This document shows, in pieces, positions 19,373-28,831 of a DNA stretch of 64,000 bases. Each line of letters starts with the position of its first letter. The stretch's first letter is position 1. The notes beneath the pieces were generated by a model. That model had not been told where the DNA came from. It ran no database searches and saw only the letters and a program-made list of their open reading frames with translations. This stretch comes from a virus, in the IMG/VR virus record IMGVR_UViG_3300044507_000046, positions 571 to 64,570 of that record. One strand, written 5' to 3'. A program made the position numbers and the translations under genes.

Positions 19373-20841
19373 CCGACACCACCATGATTCTGGGCGGCCC
19401 GGGGTGCGGCAAGACCACCCGGCTCCTTGCCATCTTGGAGCAAGAGATGGCCCGAGGGGTGCCGCCGTCACGCATTGCCTTTGTGGCCTTCACCAAGCAA
19501 GCAGCCGAGGAAGCCAAGACCCGGGCAGCTGCCAAATTCCAGCTGGACCCCAAGCGCGACCTCCCGTGGTTCCGCACCATCCACAGCTTGGCCTATGCGG
19601 GGGCCGGGGTCAGCTCAGATGAGGTCATGGGCGCAAAGGAATGGGCGCAATTTGGCAAGATGGTGGGCTTCCCGCTCTCGGGGCATCACGACATGGGGGA
19701 TGAGGATGGAGCCACCCTGACCCCGGGGGACAAGATGCTCGGGGTGGTGAGCTATGCCAAGGCCACCCGTCGGCCCTTGGAGGAGGCGTGGCGGGCCCGG
19801 GGTGAGGAGCTAGACTTCCGGGCCACAGAGATGTTTGCGGGGGCCCTCCACCAGTACAAGCTCGACACCGGCAAGGTGGACTTTGATGACATGCTGTCGC
19901 TCTACTTTGCCCGGGCCACGGCGCTCCCGCTCGATGTGGCGGTGATTGATGAAGCCCAAGACCTTACTGCAATGCAGTGGGCCGTGGTGGAGAAAGCCTT
20001 TGCCGGCGTGAGTCGCCGCTACATTGGCGGCGACGATGACCAAGCCATCTACGGCTGGGCCGGGGCGGATGTGGATACCTTCCTCGCCATGCCCGGGGCC
20101 CGGGAGGTCTTGCCCCTGTCGCATCGGCTCCCGCGCCACATCTTCAACCTGAGTCAAGAGATTGTTGGGCGCATTGAGGCACGTATCCCCAAGCAGTATC
20201 AGCCCAGCCCTCGGGACGGGCTGGTGGAACGGTATCGGGATGCCGTGGACGTGCCACTGGAGCAAGGGGGCAGCTGGCTCATCTTGGCCCGGAACACCTA
20301 CCAGCTCAAGGGGCTGGAACGAATGGTGCGCAACTCCGGGATGGTGTATCAATATCGAAAGGGGTCCAGCTCCGTGAAGCCCGAGCACTATCAAGCCATT
20401 CGCGGCTATGAGCAATGGCGCAAGGGCGAAGCGGTGCCGGCGGAAACGGCGCGATTGATCTTGACCGCCCTCCAGCGCAAGGCCCAGAACCTGAATGATG
20501 CCCGGCGCTACACCGCCGCCGACTGTGGAGTGACCCCGACCTTGATCTGGCATAATGCGCTCTCGGGGCTGGATCCGCGCCAACGGGAGTATTATGTCAC
20601 CTGCCTCCGGGCCGGGCAGAAACTCAATGCCGCCCCGACGGTCCGGTTGGACACCATTCACGGGGTCAAGGGTGGCGAAGCAGACCATGTGATGATGGTG
20701 ACCGATATCAGCGCCCGCTCCTTCCAATCCTTGGCCGAGGAGCCGGACAGCGAGCACCGGGTGCTGTACGTCGGGGTCACCCGGGCCCGGCAGGGCCTTC
20801 ACTTGGTTCTCCCGCAGACCGCGCGACACTATACAATATGA
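19369..20841 (+). CDS. UvrD/Rep-family (SF1) helicase
   Basis: GGPGCGKT, IDEAQD, GDDDQAIY, TIHGVKGGE, LYVGVTRA. Confidence 0.9.
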   Translation: MTDTTMILGGPGCGKTTRLLAILEQEMARGVPPSRIAFVAFTKQAAEEAKTRAAAKFQLDPKRDLPWFRTIHSLAYAGAGVSSDEVMGAKEWAQFGKMVGFPLSGHHDMGDEDGATLTPGDKMLGVVSYAKATRRPLEEAWRARGEELDFRATEMFAGALHQYKLDTGKVDFDDMLSLYFARATALPLDVAVIDEAQDLTAMQWAVVEKAFAGVSRRYIGGDDDQAIYGWAGADVDTFLAMPGAREVLPLSHRLPRHIFNLSQEIVGRIEARIPKQYQPSPRDGLVERYRDAVDVPLEQGGSWLILARNTYQLKGLERMVRNSGMVYQYRKGSSSVKPEHYQAIRGYEQWRKGEAVPAETARLILTALQRKAQNLNDARRYTAADCGVTPTLIWHNALSGLDPRQREYYVTCLRAGQKLNAAPTVRLDTIHGVKGGEADHVMMVTDISARSFQSLAEEPDSEHRVLYVGVTRARQGLHLVLPQTARHYTI

Positions 20842-20844
20842 CAC

Positions 20845-20873
20845 TTTACTTTTCCCGGTGGCTGTCCTATCTT
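20845..20873 (+). promoter_or_regulatory. Sigma70-like promoter TTTACT-N17-TATCTT
   Basis: Intergenic; same -35 and spacing as the element at 28803. Confidence 0.6.
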
Positions 20874-20922
20874 CGGATGTCACCGCTGTTTCTGACCCCC
20901 TTTAGCATTGGAGAATCGGACC

Positions 20923-21534
20923 ATGAGTGAAGATGCCATTGCGGCCGCCCCGGATGCCCCTGTCACGTATTACCTCCTGAACAGCATGCCGGTGCTCGTG
21001 CTACCGGTCACCTCGAAGGAGGAGGCCCTGAAGCTGGAGGGCGAAGGGAAGGGCCAAATCATCACCAAGCTCGAAGACCTCGGCACCATCCCGACCAGCG
21101 CCCTGATCAAGATTTACAATGCGTGTCCCGAGGTGAAGCACGTCACCAAGTTCCAAGACCGCAGCACCGCCCTCAATCGTGTCTGGGCCGCCATCACCAA
21201 GTATCCAGGTGGCTATGCCCAAGACACCAAGACCAAGGAGATCACCGTCATGCCTACCAAGAAGAAGACACCCAAGGCCGCCAAGACTGCCAAGACGCCC
21301 AAGGCCGCCAAGGCCAAGGGGGAAGGGGCCCAGCGTCCCGGCCGGGCCTACAAGTTCGGTGAGAAGAAGCTCATCAAGGTCAGCTCCGAGAATCCCCGGC
21401 AGGAAGGCTCCCACGGCCATCGGACGTGGAGCCTGCTGCGGAGCGGGATGACGATGGCGCAGGCGGTCAAGGCGGGATGCCGCACGAATGACCTGCGGCA
21501 TGAAGTGAAGCTCGGCCGGATCAAGCTGGACTGA
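20923..21534 (+). CDS. Lys/Ala-rich putative DNA-binding protein
   Basis: KTPKAAKTAKTPKAAKAK histone-H1-like stretch. Confidence 0.6.
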   Translation: MSEDAIAAAPDAPVTYYLLNSMPVLVLPVTSKEEALKLEGEGKGQIITKLEDLGTIPTSALIKIYNACPEVKHVTKFQDRSTALNRVWAAITKYPGGYAQDTKTKEITVMPTKKKTPKAAKTAKTPKAAKAKGEGAQRPGRAYKFGEKKLIKVSSENPRQEGSHGHRTWSLLRSGMTMAQAVKAGCRTNDLRHEVKLGRIKLD

Positions 21535-21538
21535 ACCC

Positions 21539-22510
21539 GTGATCATCTACGGGGCAGGGATGGCGGGGCTGCTGGCGGGGCATTTCTTCCGCCAGCAGCG
21601 TCCGCTCATCTGGGAAGCGCAAGCCAGCCTTCCCAACAACCATGCCGCCTTGCTGCGCTTCCGGACCGACGCAGTAAGCCGAGTGACTGGGATTCCCTTC
21701 CGGCGGGTCAATGTCACCAAAGCGGTGCTCAATCGGGAGCTGAAGCTGATGCCGCTGGCCACGATGGCTGACAGCAATGCCTACTCCCTCAAAGTGAGCG
21801 GGGAGGCGCGGGCCCGGTCCATCCTCGATCTGCGCCCGGTGGAGCGGTACATTGCGCCGGAAGACTTCATTCAGCAGTTGGCCAACGGACTGAGTACCAT
21901 CCCATTCTACAATCAGCCCGTGACGGCCACGGACCTGAAGATGATTCCAGGCCAGCATGTCATCAGCACCTTGCCCATGCCCGTCTTGCTTAAGCTGGCA
22001 GGGGAAGAAGTGCCTGATGGGATGTTTGGGATCAAGCCCATATGGTCCGTCACCACCACACTCCGGGAACCAATCTGTGACTTGTACCAAACGCTCTATG
22101 GACCGTGGGACCACGTGAGCTGGTATCGGGCCTCCTTCACCGGGGCCCGGCTCATTCTGGAGTTCCCCGGGGAGCCCCTCAAGCCCCGGGCTGAAATTGA
22201 CTTTCTGCTCAGTCTGCTCGGCTTCAAGCTGGAGACGTGCATCTATGAGCCGCCCATCCTCAAGAAGCAGCCCTATGGCAAGCTGCTGCCATGCGCTGAT
22301 GAGTCTCTGCGGCGCAGCACCATCTTGTCGATGACGGATCGGTTTGGCCTCTACTCCTTGGGGCGCTTCGCCACGTGGCGGCAAATCTTGTTGGATGACG
22401 TGGTGCATGATTGTGAGGTGATCCAGCGCATGATCACCGACCGCGACCGCTATGGCCGGCACCTCCATCAATCGGGACCGTTGGACCGCGCCCATTCCCC
22501 TATTCCTTAG
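21539..22510 (+). CDS. FAD-binding oxidoreductase/mutase-like protein
   Basis: N-terminal GAGMAG dinucleotide-binding motif; C-terminal SLGRFATWRQILLDDVV reminiscent of UDP-galactopyranose-mutase/HemY-type flavoproteins. Confidence 0.7.
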   Translation: MIIYGAGMAGLLAGHFFRQQRPLIWEAQASLPNNHAALLRFRTDAVSRVTGIPFRRVNVTKAVLNRELKLMPLATMADSNAYSLKVSGEARARSILDLRPVERYIAPEDFIQQLANGLSTIPFYNQPVTATDLKMIPGQHVISTLPMPVLLKLAGEEVPDGMFGIKPIWSVTTTLREPICDLYQTLYGPWDHVSWYRASFTGARLILEFPGEPLKPRAEIDFLLSLLGFKLETCIYEPPILKKQPYGKLLPCADESLRRSTILSMTDRFGLYSLGRFATWRQILLDDVVHDCEVIQRMITDRDRYGRHLHQSGPLDRAHSPIP

Positions 22511-22526
22511 CACTGGAGAAAGTCCC

Positions 22527-23354
22527 ATGGCAGTGACGCTGCTGAGCTATACCCCGGAGGCGCTGGAGCTGCTCCTGTTCTCGAAGCAGACCCGTCTCAC
22601 GATGGCCCCGAATCTCATGGAGGAGATTCGCCAGTGGCCGATGGAACGCAAGATGAAGGAGTTGGACTATATGCTCGGCACCATCGAGTCGAGCTGGGAG
22701 TTTGCCAACTTCACCTTCCTCATCACTGATGTCTCCCGGGCCTTCACCCACCAATTAGTCCGCACCCGGCTTGGGAGCTACGCGCAGCAGGCCCAGCGCG
22801 TGGTGACCCAAGAGGGCTTCAAGTACGTGCGCCCCGATTCAGTGATTCATGCCCACGGGGGTGAGGCCGTCATGAGCAGTCTGGATGCGGAGAATGACGA
22901 CTCCCCCTATGATCTCGCCATGTTCCACCTCAACAGCGAGTATCGCGGATTGATTGAGGACGGGATGGTGGCGCAGGATGCGCGGGGAGTGCTCCCCACC
23001 AACATCTGCACCAACATCATGGCCCAATTCGACCTGCGCTGCCTCAGCCATATGGCCCGGCTCCGGCTCTGCACCCGGACGCAGGGGGAATATCAAAACG
23101 TCTTCCGGGAGATGCGGCGGCTGGTGCTGGAGGTGTACCCGTGGGCCGAGCGATTCATCCGGGTCCACTGCGCCGCGACCGGGGTGTGCTGCTTCCCCAA
23201 CTATGCCGAATGCCCCATCAAGCCAGTGGTCTACAACCCGGAGACGCGGCAGGCATGGGGCGGGGCTGAGGTGACTCCGGCCACCCCCAGTGAGATTCAG
23301 GCCCTCTGGGAGCATACCCGATTCGAGTATCAGCCGAAGGCCCCTGTGCCATGA
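22527..23354 (+). CDS. thyX: Flavin-dependent thymidylate synthase-like protein with a divergent active site
   Basis: VSRAFTHQLVRTRLGSYAQQAQR, QDARGVLP and LRLCTRTQGEY motifs. Confidence 0.85.
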   Translation: MAVTLLSYTPEALELLLFSKQTRLTMAPNLMEEIRQWPMERKMKELDYMLGTIESSWEFANFTFLITDVSRAFTHQLVRTRLGSYAQQAQRVVTQEGFKYVRPDSVIHAHGGEAVMSSLDAENDDSPYDLAMFHLNSEYRGLIEDGMVAQDARGVLPTNICTNIMAQFDLRCLSHMARLRLCTRTQGEYQNVFREMRRLVLEVYPWAERFIRVHCAATGVCCFPNYAECPIKPVVYNPETRQAWGGAEVTPATPSEIQALWEHTRFEYQPKAPVP

Positions 23355-23785
23355 ACGGCCTCCTGCTGTGTGATCTGGATGGGACGCTCTGTGACATCCG
23401 GCACCGGCTCCACTTCGTGCGCTCTGAGCCCAAGGATTGGGAAGCCTTCCACCAAGCCTGCTCGGAGGACAAAGTGGTGTGGGGAGTGGCCAAGCTCCTC
23501 GGGGCATGGAGCCGGAGCGGCGGGACGGTAGTGCTGTTGTCAGGACGGTCGGCCAGCGCCAAGGGCAAGACCATCAGTTGGCTCTATCACCATGGCATCG
23601 CCTATCATCAGCTTCACCTCCGGCCCGTCGGCAACTTCGAGCATGATTGGGAGTTCAAGCAACGGTTCATCACTCAATATCCGCCCAGCCCGCTTACCAT
23701 GGTGCTTGAAGATCGGCAACGGGTAGTGGAGATGTGGCGGTCCCATGGCTACCTCTGCCTCCAGCCCAACCATGACAGCTACTAA
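23351..23785 (+). CDS. HAD phosphatase (T4 PNK 3'-phosphatase-like)
   Basis: CDLDGTL, LSGR, LRP...D...K and LEDRQRVVEMWR motifs. Confidence 0.85.
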   Translation: MNGLLLCDLDGTLCDIRHRLHFVRSEPKDWEAFHQACSEDKVVWGVAKLLGAWSRSGGTVVLLSGRSASAKGKTISWLYHHGIAYHQLHLRPVGNFEHDWEFKQRFITQYPPSPLTMVLEDRQRVVEMWRSHGYLCLQPNHDSY

Positions 23786-24203
23786 GAAGAAGCCACGCAG
23801 CGTGGCCCAGATCATCGTCACTGCCTTGGAGACGCATCTGGCCCGGCACGCGCAATACCGGGACTCCCGGGCCACGCATGGGCGACTGGCGGTGGCCCTG
23901 TTCCCGGCCGGGCTCACGCTACGCACCGAGGCAGACTTCACCCGCTATGCCACGCTCGACATGATCATGGCCAAGCTGGCCCGCTACACTGACCGATTCA
24001 CCGAAGGCGGCCACCAAGATTCCATTCACGATCTGGGAGTCTATGCCTTCATACTGGAGCATCTCGATGACCACCATACTGATCACCGGCGCGGAGCAAG
24101 GGCTGGGACGTGCCCTCGCGGAACGGTACGCAGCCGATCACCCGAGCCATCGCATCCTGCAGATGCCCGGCGACGTATGCCGGGCCGGCAAGCGAAGCAT
24201 TGA
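23772..24203 (+). CDS. Small helical protein resembling nucleotide-modification-associated (Nmad1/DUF6378-like) domains
   Basis: RHAQYRD...MIMAKLARY...HQDSIHDLGVYAFIL pattern; last about 45 codons overlap the SDR gene. Confidence 0.55.
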   Translation: MTATKKKPRSVAQIIVTALETHLARHAQYRDSRATHGRLAVALFPAGLTLRTEADFTRYATLDMIMAKLARYTDRFTEGGHQDSIHDLGVYAFILEHLDDHHTDHRRGARAGTCPRGTVRSRSPEPSHPADARRRMPGRQAKH

Positions 24204-24738
24204 GGCATGGCTCACGCCCCAGCCTCGCATTGATATTGTCATCAACAACTACGGCCGGCATCATTTGTCGTGGATCGGCACCACCCCGGAGGAAGATGAA
24301 GGTATCCTCTGGACCAATGTGATGGGGCCCTACTGGATCATCAACTATTTGGTGGCGCGGGGCGACATCTGCATCGTGGTCAACGTCGCCTCCCAGACAT
24401 GGCGGGTGCCCCAGCGGTGTAGTGCGCTCTACTGCGCCAGCAAGGCCGCGCTGGTGCAGCTGACCCGGGTGATGGCGCGGGAGCTGGGCCCGAAGGGCTG
24501 GACCATCAGCGCCATTTGTCCCGGGAAGATTCGGGGCACCCGAATGACGGAGCTGGTGGATGCGCAGGTGGAGGAGTTGCGGGGCTGGAGCCATGAGGAG
24601 GCCGAAACCTATGCCCAATCCTTGGTCCCGGTCCAACGGTTCACCTATCCCGAGGAAGTGGCCTCCATGATCATGAGTATGCTGGAGGCCGGGCGCTATC
24701 TCAATGGGACCATCCTCGATTTCACCGGAGGGCAATGA
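24067..24738 (+). CDS. Short-chain dehydrogenase/reductase (SDR)
   Basis: ITGAEQGLG, VINNYG, NVAS, YCASK catalytic motif, ICPG. Confidence 0.9.
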   Translation: MTTILITGAEQGLGRALAERYAADHPSHRILQMPGDVCRAGKRSIEAWLTPQPRIDIVINNYGRHHLSWIGTTPEEDEGILWTNVMGPYWIINYLVARGDICIVVNVASQTWRVPQRCSALYCASKAALVQLTRVMARELGPKGWTISAICPGKIRGTRMTELVDAQVEELRGWSHEEAETYAQSLVPVQRFTYPEEVASMIMSMLEAGRYLNGTILDFTGGQ

Positions 24739-24739
24739 G

Positions 24740-25294
24740 ATGATTCTGCTTGACGTAGAGGCCACCGGCCTCATTCCCTCTGTCATGGCGCCCTTGGCGC
24801 AGCATCCGCATCTCATGGAGCTGTTTGCCTTGAAGCTGGATGATGCGACCTTGGAGGAGCGGGGCACCCTCAGCTTTCAATGCCGCCCGCCCATCTCCAT
24901 CCCGGCCGAAGTGACCAAGATCACCAGCCTCACCGATGCAGACTTGAAGGAGCAAGCCCCCTTCGCTGCCCACTATTGGGCGCTCATCAACTTCTTTCTC
25001 GGGGAGAAGATGGTGGTGGCGCACAATGCGCCCTATGACCTCGGGGTCTTGGCAGCGGAGCTGGGCCGACTCGACAAGCTCAAGAACTTCCCGTGGCCCC
25101 CGGTCCATGTGTGTACGGTCGAGCTGACCCAACATCTCACCGGCAAATACCTCAAGCTCACCGAGCTGTATGAGCACCTGCTGGGGAGGCCCTTGGCCCA
25201 GACGCATCGGGCCGACGCGGATGTGCGAGCCCTCGAAGAAGTGGTGCGGGCCCTCTGGGCTCAAGGAATGTGGGTCACCACTCCACCATCATGA
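24740..25294 (+). CDS. DEDDh 3'-5' exonuclease (DnaQ/epsilon-like)
   Basis: LDVEATG, AHNAPYD, HRADAD. Confidence 0.85.
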   Translation: MILLDVEATGLIPSVMAPLAQHPHLMELFALKLDDATLEERGTLSFQCRPPISIPAEVTKITSLTDADLKEQAPFAAHYWALINFFLGEKMVVAHNAPYDLGVLAAELGRLDKLKNFPWPPVHVCTVELTQHLTGKYLKLTELYEHLLGRPLAQTHRADADVRALEEVVRALWAQGMWVTTPPS

Positions 25295-28200
25295 TCCATC
25301 TGCGCGTGCGCACCGAGTATGCCTTCAACCGGGCCTTTGGCCGGATTGAGGAGGTGCTGGCCCATGCGGGCGGCAATGCCATGGCCATCACCGACCCGGG
25401 CTGTTGGGGGCATGTGGCCTTCTCCAAGGCTGCCAAAGCCCGGGGCCTCAAGCCTCTCCTCGGGGTGGAGCTGGAGCTAGTCAGCAATGCCGCCCTCGCC
25501 ACTCGGCAGTACGGCCGCCCCATCGGGCTGCTGGCCCGGACGGATGCGGGCCTCCGGGAGCTGTACCAAATGGTGTCCCGGGCCAACACCAAGCCCCGCT
25601 TCTATTACACCCCACGCATTGATGGGGATGATCTCGCTGCCCTCTCGGACAATGTCATCATTCTCGCGGGGCCCGGCAATCCGCTGACCCTCCTCCCGGA
25701 ACGGGCCCATGTCTATCTCACACTCCAGCCCGGCGGGGGTGGCTGGAATCAGCAGGCCCTCCGTCAGTCCGTCTTCCCCGTCACCGTGGCCTGTGACAAT
25801 GCCTATGTGACGCCGGAGGATCGAGCCGCCTATGAGATGACCCTGATCAATGCCGGAGGTGGCCGCACTACCCCGCGCCACCTCCTCAGCCCGGAGGAAC
25901 TCCAGCTGGCAATGCCAGAGGTGACCCGGGCCATGCTGGACTTGACGCAGACCATTGCGGATGGCATTGACGTCCATCTCCCTCGGGCGGCCATGGTGCG
26001 GTATCCGGACCCGGTGCCCTTGGCGGAGCAATGCCAGTTGGGGGCCGCACGGCTGGGCATCAATCTGGCGGACCCGACATATGGGGCGCGGTTGGCCCAT
26101 GAACTCCGGATGATCGGGGAGAAGCAGTTTGAGGATTACTTCTATGTCATCGCGGACATGGTCACCGCCGCCAAACAGCGCATGCTGGTGGGCCCGGCCC
26201 GGGGCAGCTCGGCCGGGAGCTTGGTCTGCTACCTGATTGGGATCACCGACGTGGACCCCATCAAGCATGACCTCATGTTTGAGCGATTCATTGACGTGAC
26301 CCGCTCTGATCTTCCGGACATTGACATTGACTTTCCCGACCTCCAGCGGGAGCATGTCATCACTCAGTTGGTCCAGAAGTACGGGGCCGCCCGGGTCGGC
26401 CGCATTGGCACCATCAACCGTTACAAGGCCAAGTCCGCCCTCGGGGATGTGGCCAAAACGCTCGGCATCCCCGCATGGGAGCTGGCCGACTTCTCCGGGG
26501 CCATCATTGAGCGCAGCACCGGGGATGCCCGAGCCCAGTTTGCGATTGCGGATGCCTTCGAGCTGGATGTGGGCAAGGCCATCGTGGCCAAATATCCCGG
26601 ACTGACGGTGGCGGCCCGACTCGAAGGACACGCCCGCCACAGCGGGATGCATGCGGCCGGAGTCTTGGTGACAGACCGCCCCATCACCGACTACTGCGCG
26701 GTGGACTATTCCGGGGCAGCCCAGCTCGACAAGAAGGATGCCGAAGTCCTCAACCTCCTCAAGATTGATGCGCTCGGGCTGCGGACGCTCACGGTGTTGG
26801 AAGACGTGCTCCATCAGCTCGGCAAGCCCCATGATTGGTTGCGGACCTATCCCTTGGAGGATGCGGCGGCCTTCGGCGTGCTCAATGCGGAGCGGTTTGC
26901 CGGCATCTTCCAATTTGAGGGCTATGCGCTCCAAAGCCTCACGCGGCAGATGAAGGTCAAGAACTTCAATGACATCGTCGCCATCACTTCGCTGGCCCGG
27001 CCCGGCCCGTTGCACTCCGGGGCGGCCAATGAGTTTGTGCAGCGGCGGATTGGCGCAGAGCCCGTCACCTATCTCCATCCCTTGGCGGAGCCCAGCACCC
27101 GGGAATCCTACGGCATCGTCATCTACCAAGAGCAAGTCATGACGCTGACCCGCGTCATTGGCCAGCTCAACTGGGAAGACGTCAACCAGCTCCGGCGGGC
27201 CATGAGCAAGTCGCTGGGGGATGAGTTTTTCAGCCGCTATTGGGCCCGCTTTGAGGCAGGGGCCGCCACCTTGGACATCCCATCAGCAGAGGCCAAACGC
27301 ATCTGGGACAAGATTTGTACCTTCGGCAGCTGGGCCTTCAACAAGTCCCATGCCGTCTCCTATGGGCTCATCAGCTATTGGTGCGCCATGCTCAAGGCGC
27401 ATTGGCCCTTGGAGTTTGCTGCCGCCTGCTTGCGGCGAGCCAAGGATGAAGATCAGAGCATCAAGCTGCTCCGGGAACTCGCGGCCGAGGGGATGACCTT
27501 CCGGGCGGTGGATCCGGACCGCTCCGGGCTCGAATGGGCGGTGGTGGATGGCATGCTGGTGGGCGGCCTCACCAACATCACCGGCGTGGGCCGCAAGAAA
27601 GCGGAGGAACTCATTGCCCGACGCGCGGCCGGCACCCTCACCCCCGCCCAGCAGGCCCTCCTGCTCCATCCCGCGACCCCGTATGATGACTTGTTCGAAG
27701 CGGAACGGCGGTGGGGCGCGTTGTATGGGGACTTGACGCAGTACCCGGTGCGCCATGAGGAGGAACTGGATGAGCGCACCATCAGCATCCCCGTCCCGGG
27801 CCGGGACAAGCCGGTGGTGCTCACCTGCGGGCCCGACGGGAAGCCGCCGCGCATCAGCAAGATCAACACCATCAATGAGCATGGCACCTATTGCTTCGTG
27901 GCCAAGCTGGTAGAGAAGAATCTGCGGGATGTGAATGAGTACGGCACCCTCACCAAGCGGGGCGGGGAGCGCATCGAGCGCAACCCGAACTTCCTCAATC
28001 TGGTGCTGGAGGATGACTCGGGCTCCATCATCGCCACCGTCGGGCGATTTGACTATGCCCGGCTCGGCAAGCCGCTGGTGGAGACGGGCCGCCTCGGGGA
28101 TTGGTACTTGGTCAAGGGGGAGATCAAGAACCAATGGCGCAAGGTCTACATTCATCGGCTCCTGCGGCTCGGGGCCGCCGGCAGCCTCAAGGGCAGTGAA

Positions 28201-28338
28201 CTCAGCGCCCAGCGCCGGGAGACGGCCATGGCCCTCAAGATGGCGCAGCAAACCCGGGCCAAGGAGCAGAAGGCCTTGGCCGCCACCTTCAAGCAGGAAG
28301 CTCGCCGCAAGCAACTCAGCAAGGGAATGACGCCATGA
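25291..28338 (+). CDS. dnaE: DNA polymerase III alpha subunit (C-family)
   Basis: PHP N-terminus; GPARGSSAGSLV, FERFI, PDIDIDF, KIDALGL, GIFQFE, YQEQVM, FNKSHA; C-terminal OB-like region. Confidence 0.95.
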   Translation: MIHLRVRTEYAFNRAFGRIEEVLAHAGGNAMAITDPGCWGHVAFSKAAKARGLKPLLGVELELVSNAALATRQYGRPIGLLARTDAGLRELYQMVSRANTKPRFYYTPRIDGDDLAALSDNVIILAGPGNPLTLLPERAHVYLTLQPGGGGWNQQALRQSVFPVTVACDNAYVTPEDRAAYEMTLINAGGGRTTPRHLLSPEELQLAMPEVTRAMLDLTQTIADGIDVHLPRAAMVRYPDPVPLAEQCQLGAARLGINLADPTYGARLAHELRMIGEKQFEDYFYVIADMVTAAKQRMLVGPARGSSAGSLVCYLIGITDVDPIKHDLMFERFIDVTRSDLPDIDIDFPDLQREHVITQLVQKYGAARVGRIGTINRYKAKSALGDVAKTLGIPAWELADFSGAIIERSTGDARAQFAIADAFELDVGKAIVAKYPGLTVAARLEGHARHSGMHAAGVLVTDRPITDYCAVDYSGAAQLDKKDAEVLNLLKIDALGLRTLTVLEDVLHQLGKPHDWLRTYPLEDAAAFGVLNAERFAGIFQFEGYALQSLTRQMKVKNFNDIVAITSLARPGPLHSGAANEFVQRRIGAEPVTYLHPLAEPSTRESYGIVIYQEQVMTLTRVIGQLNWEDVNQLRRAMSKSLGDEFFSRYWARFEAGAATLDIPSAEAKRIWDKICTFGSWAFNKSHAVSYGLISYWCAMLKAHWPLEFAAACLRRAKDEDQSIKLLRELAAEGMTFRAVDPDRSGLEWAVVDGMLVGGLTNITGVGRKKAEELIARRAAGTLTPAQQALLLHPATPYDDLFEAERRWGALYGDLTQYPVRHEEELDERTISIPVPGRDKPVVLTCGPDGKPPRISKINTINEHGTYCFVAKLVEKNLRDVNEYGTLTKRGGERIERNPNFLNLVLEDDSGSIIATVGRFDYARLGKPLVETGRLGDWYLVKGEIKNQWRKVYIHRLLRLGAAGSLKGSELSAQRRETAMALKMAQQTRAKEQKALAATFKQEARRKQLSKGMTP

Positions 28339-28772
28339 CGGAAGCGGCCCTGTGGCAGCAGCTCAAGCGCCAACTGCTCCCGCGCGACCATGCGAAGCGC
28401 ATTGAGAATCGGCTGGAGGATGGCACCCCCGACGTCAATTGTTGCCTAGACGGGGTGGACACGTGGATCGAGTTGAAGCAGTTGGCGGATTGGCCGCGTC
28501 GCGCCACCACCGGCATCCGGCTCAGCCGCTACACCGCCGCGCAACGCGCGTGGCTCCGAGCGCGATGCGACGCGGGCGGCAATGCGTTGTTGGTGTTGTA
28601 TGTCGCGCGACCGCGCGAATGGGTGTTGGTGTGGCCGCGCGGAACGGAGTATGTGGACGGTGCGACCCGGGCGGAAGTCTACGGGCTCGCGGGAGCGGCC
28701 TATAAGGGACGGCCCCCGGCCGGGGCCCTTCGGCGCTCGCTCATGGGGAAGGCTGGGAAAAGTGTCATCTAA
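28335..28772 (+). CDS. PD-(D/E)xK nuclease (VRR-NUC/resolvase-like)
   Basis: RIEN...GTPDV...WIELK...Q..WL. Confidence 0.75.
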   Translation: MTEAALWQQLKRQLLPRDHAKRIENRLEDGTPDVNCCLDGVDTWIELKQLADWPRRATTGIRLSRYTAAQRAWLRARCDAGGNALLVLYVARPREWVLVWPRGTEYVDGATRAEVYGLAGAAYKGRPPAGALRRSLMGKAGKSVI

Positions 28773-28802
28773 AGTGTTGGAATGGCTGGGGGTTAGGGCC
28801 CC

Positions 28803-28831
28803 TTTACTTCCCGGCAATATGACAGTAGCTT
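28803..28831 (+). promoter_or_regulatory. Sigma70-like promoter TTTACT-N17-TAGCTT at the start of the early region
   Basis: Intergenic; shares TTTACT..TCCCGG with 20845. Confidence 0.6.
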
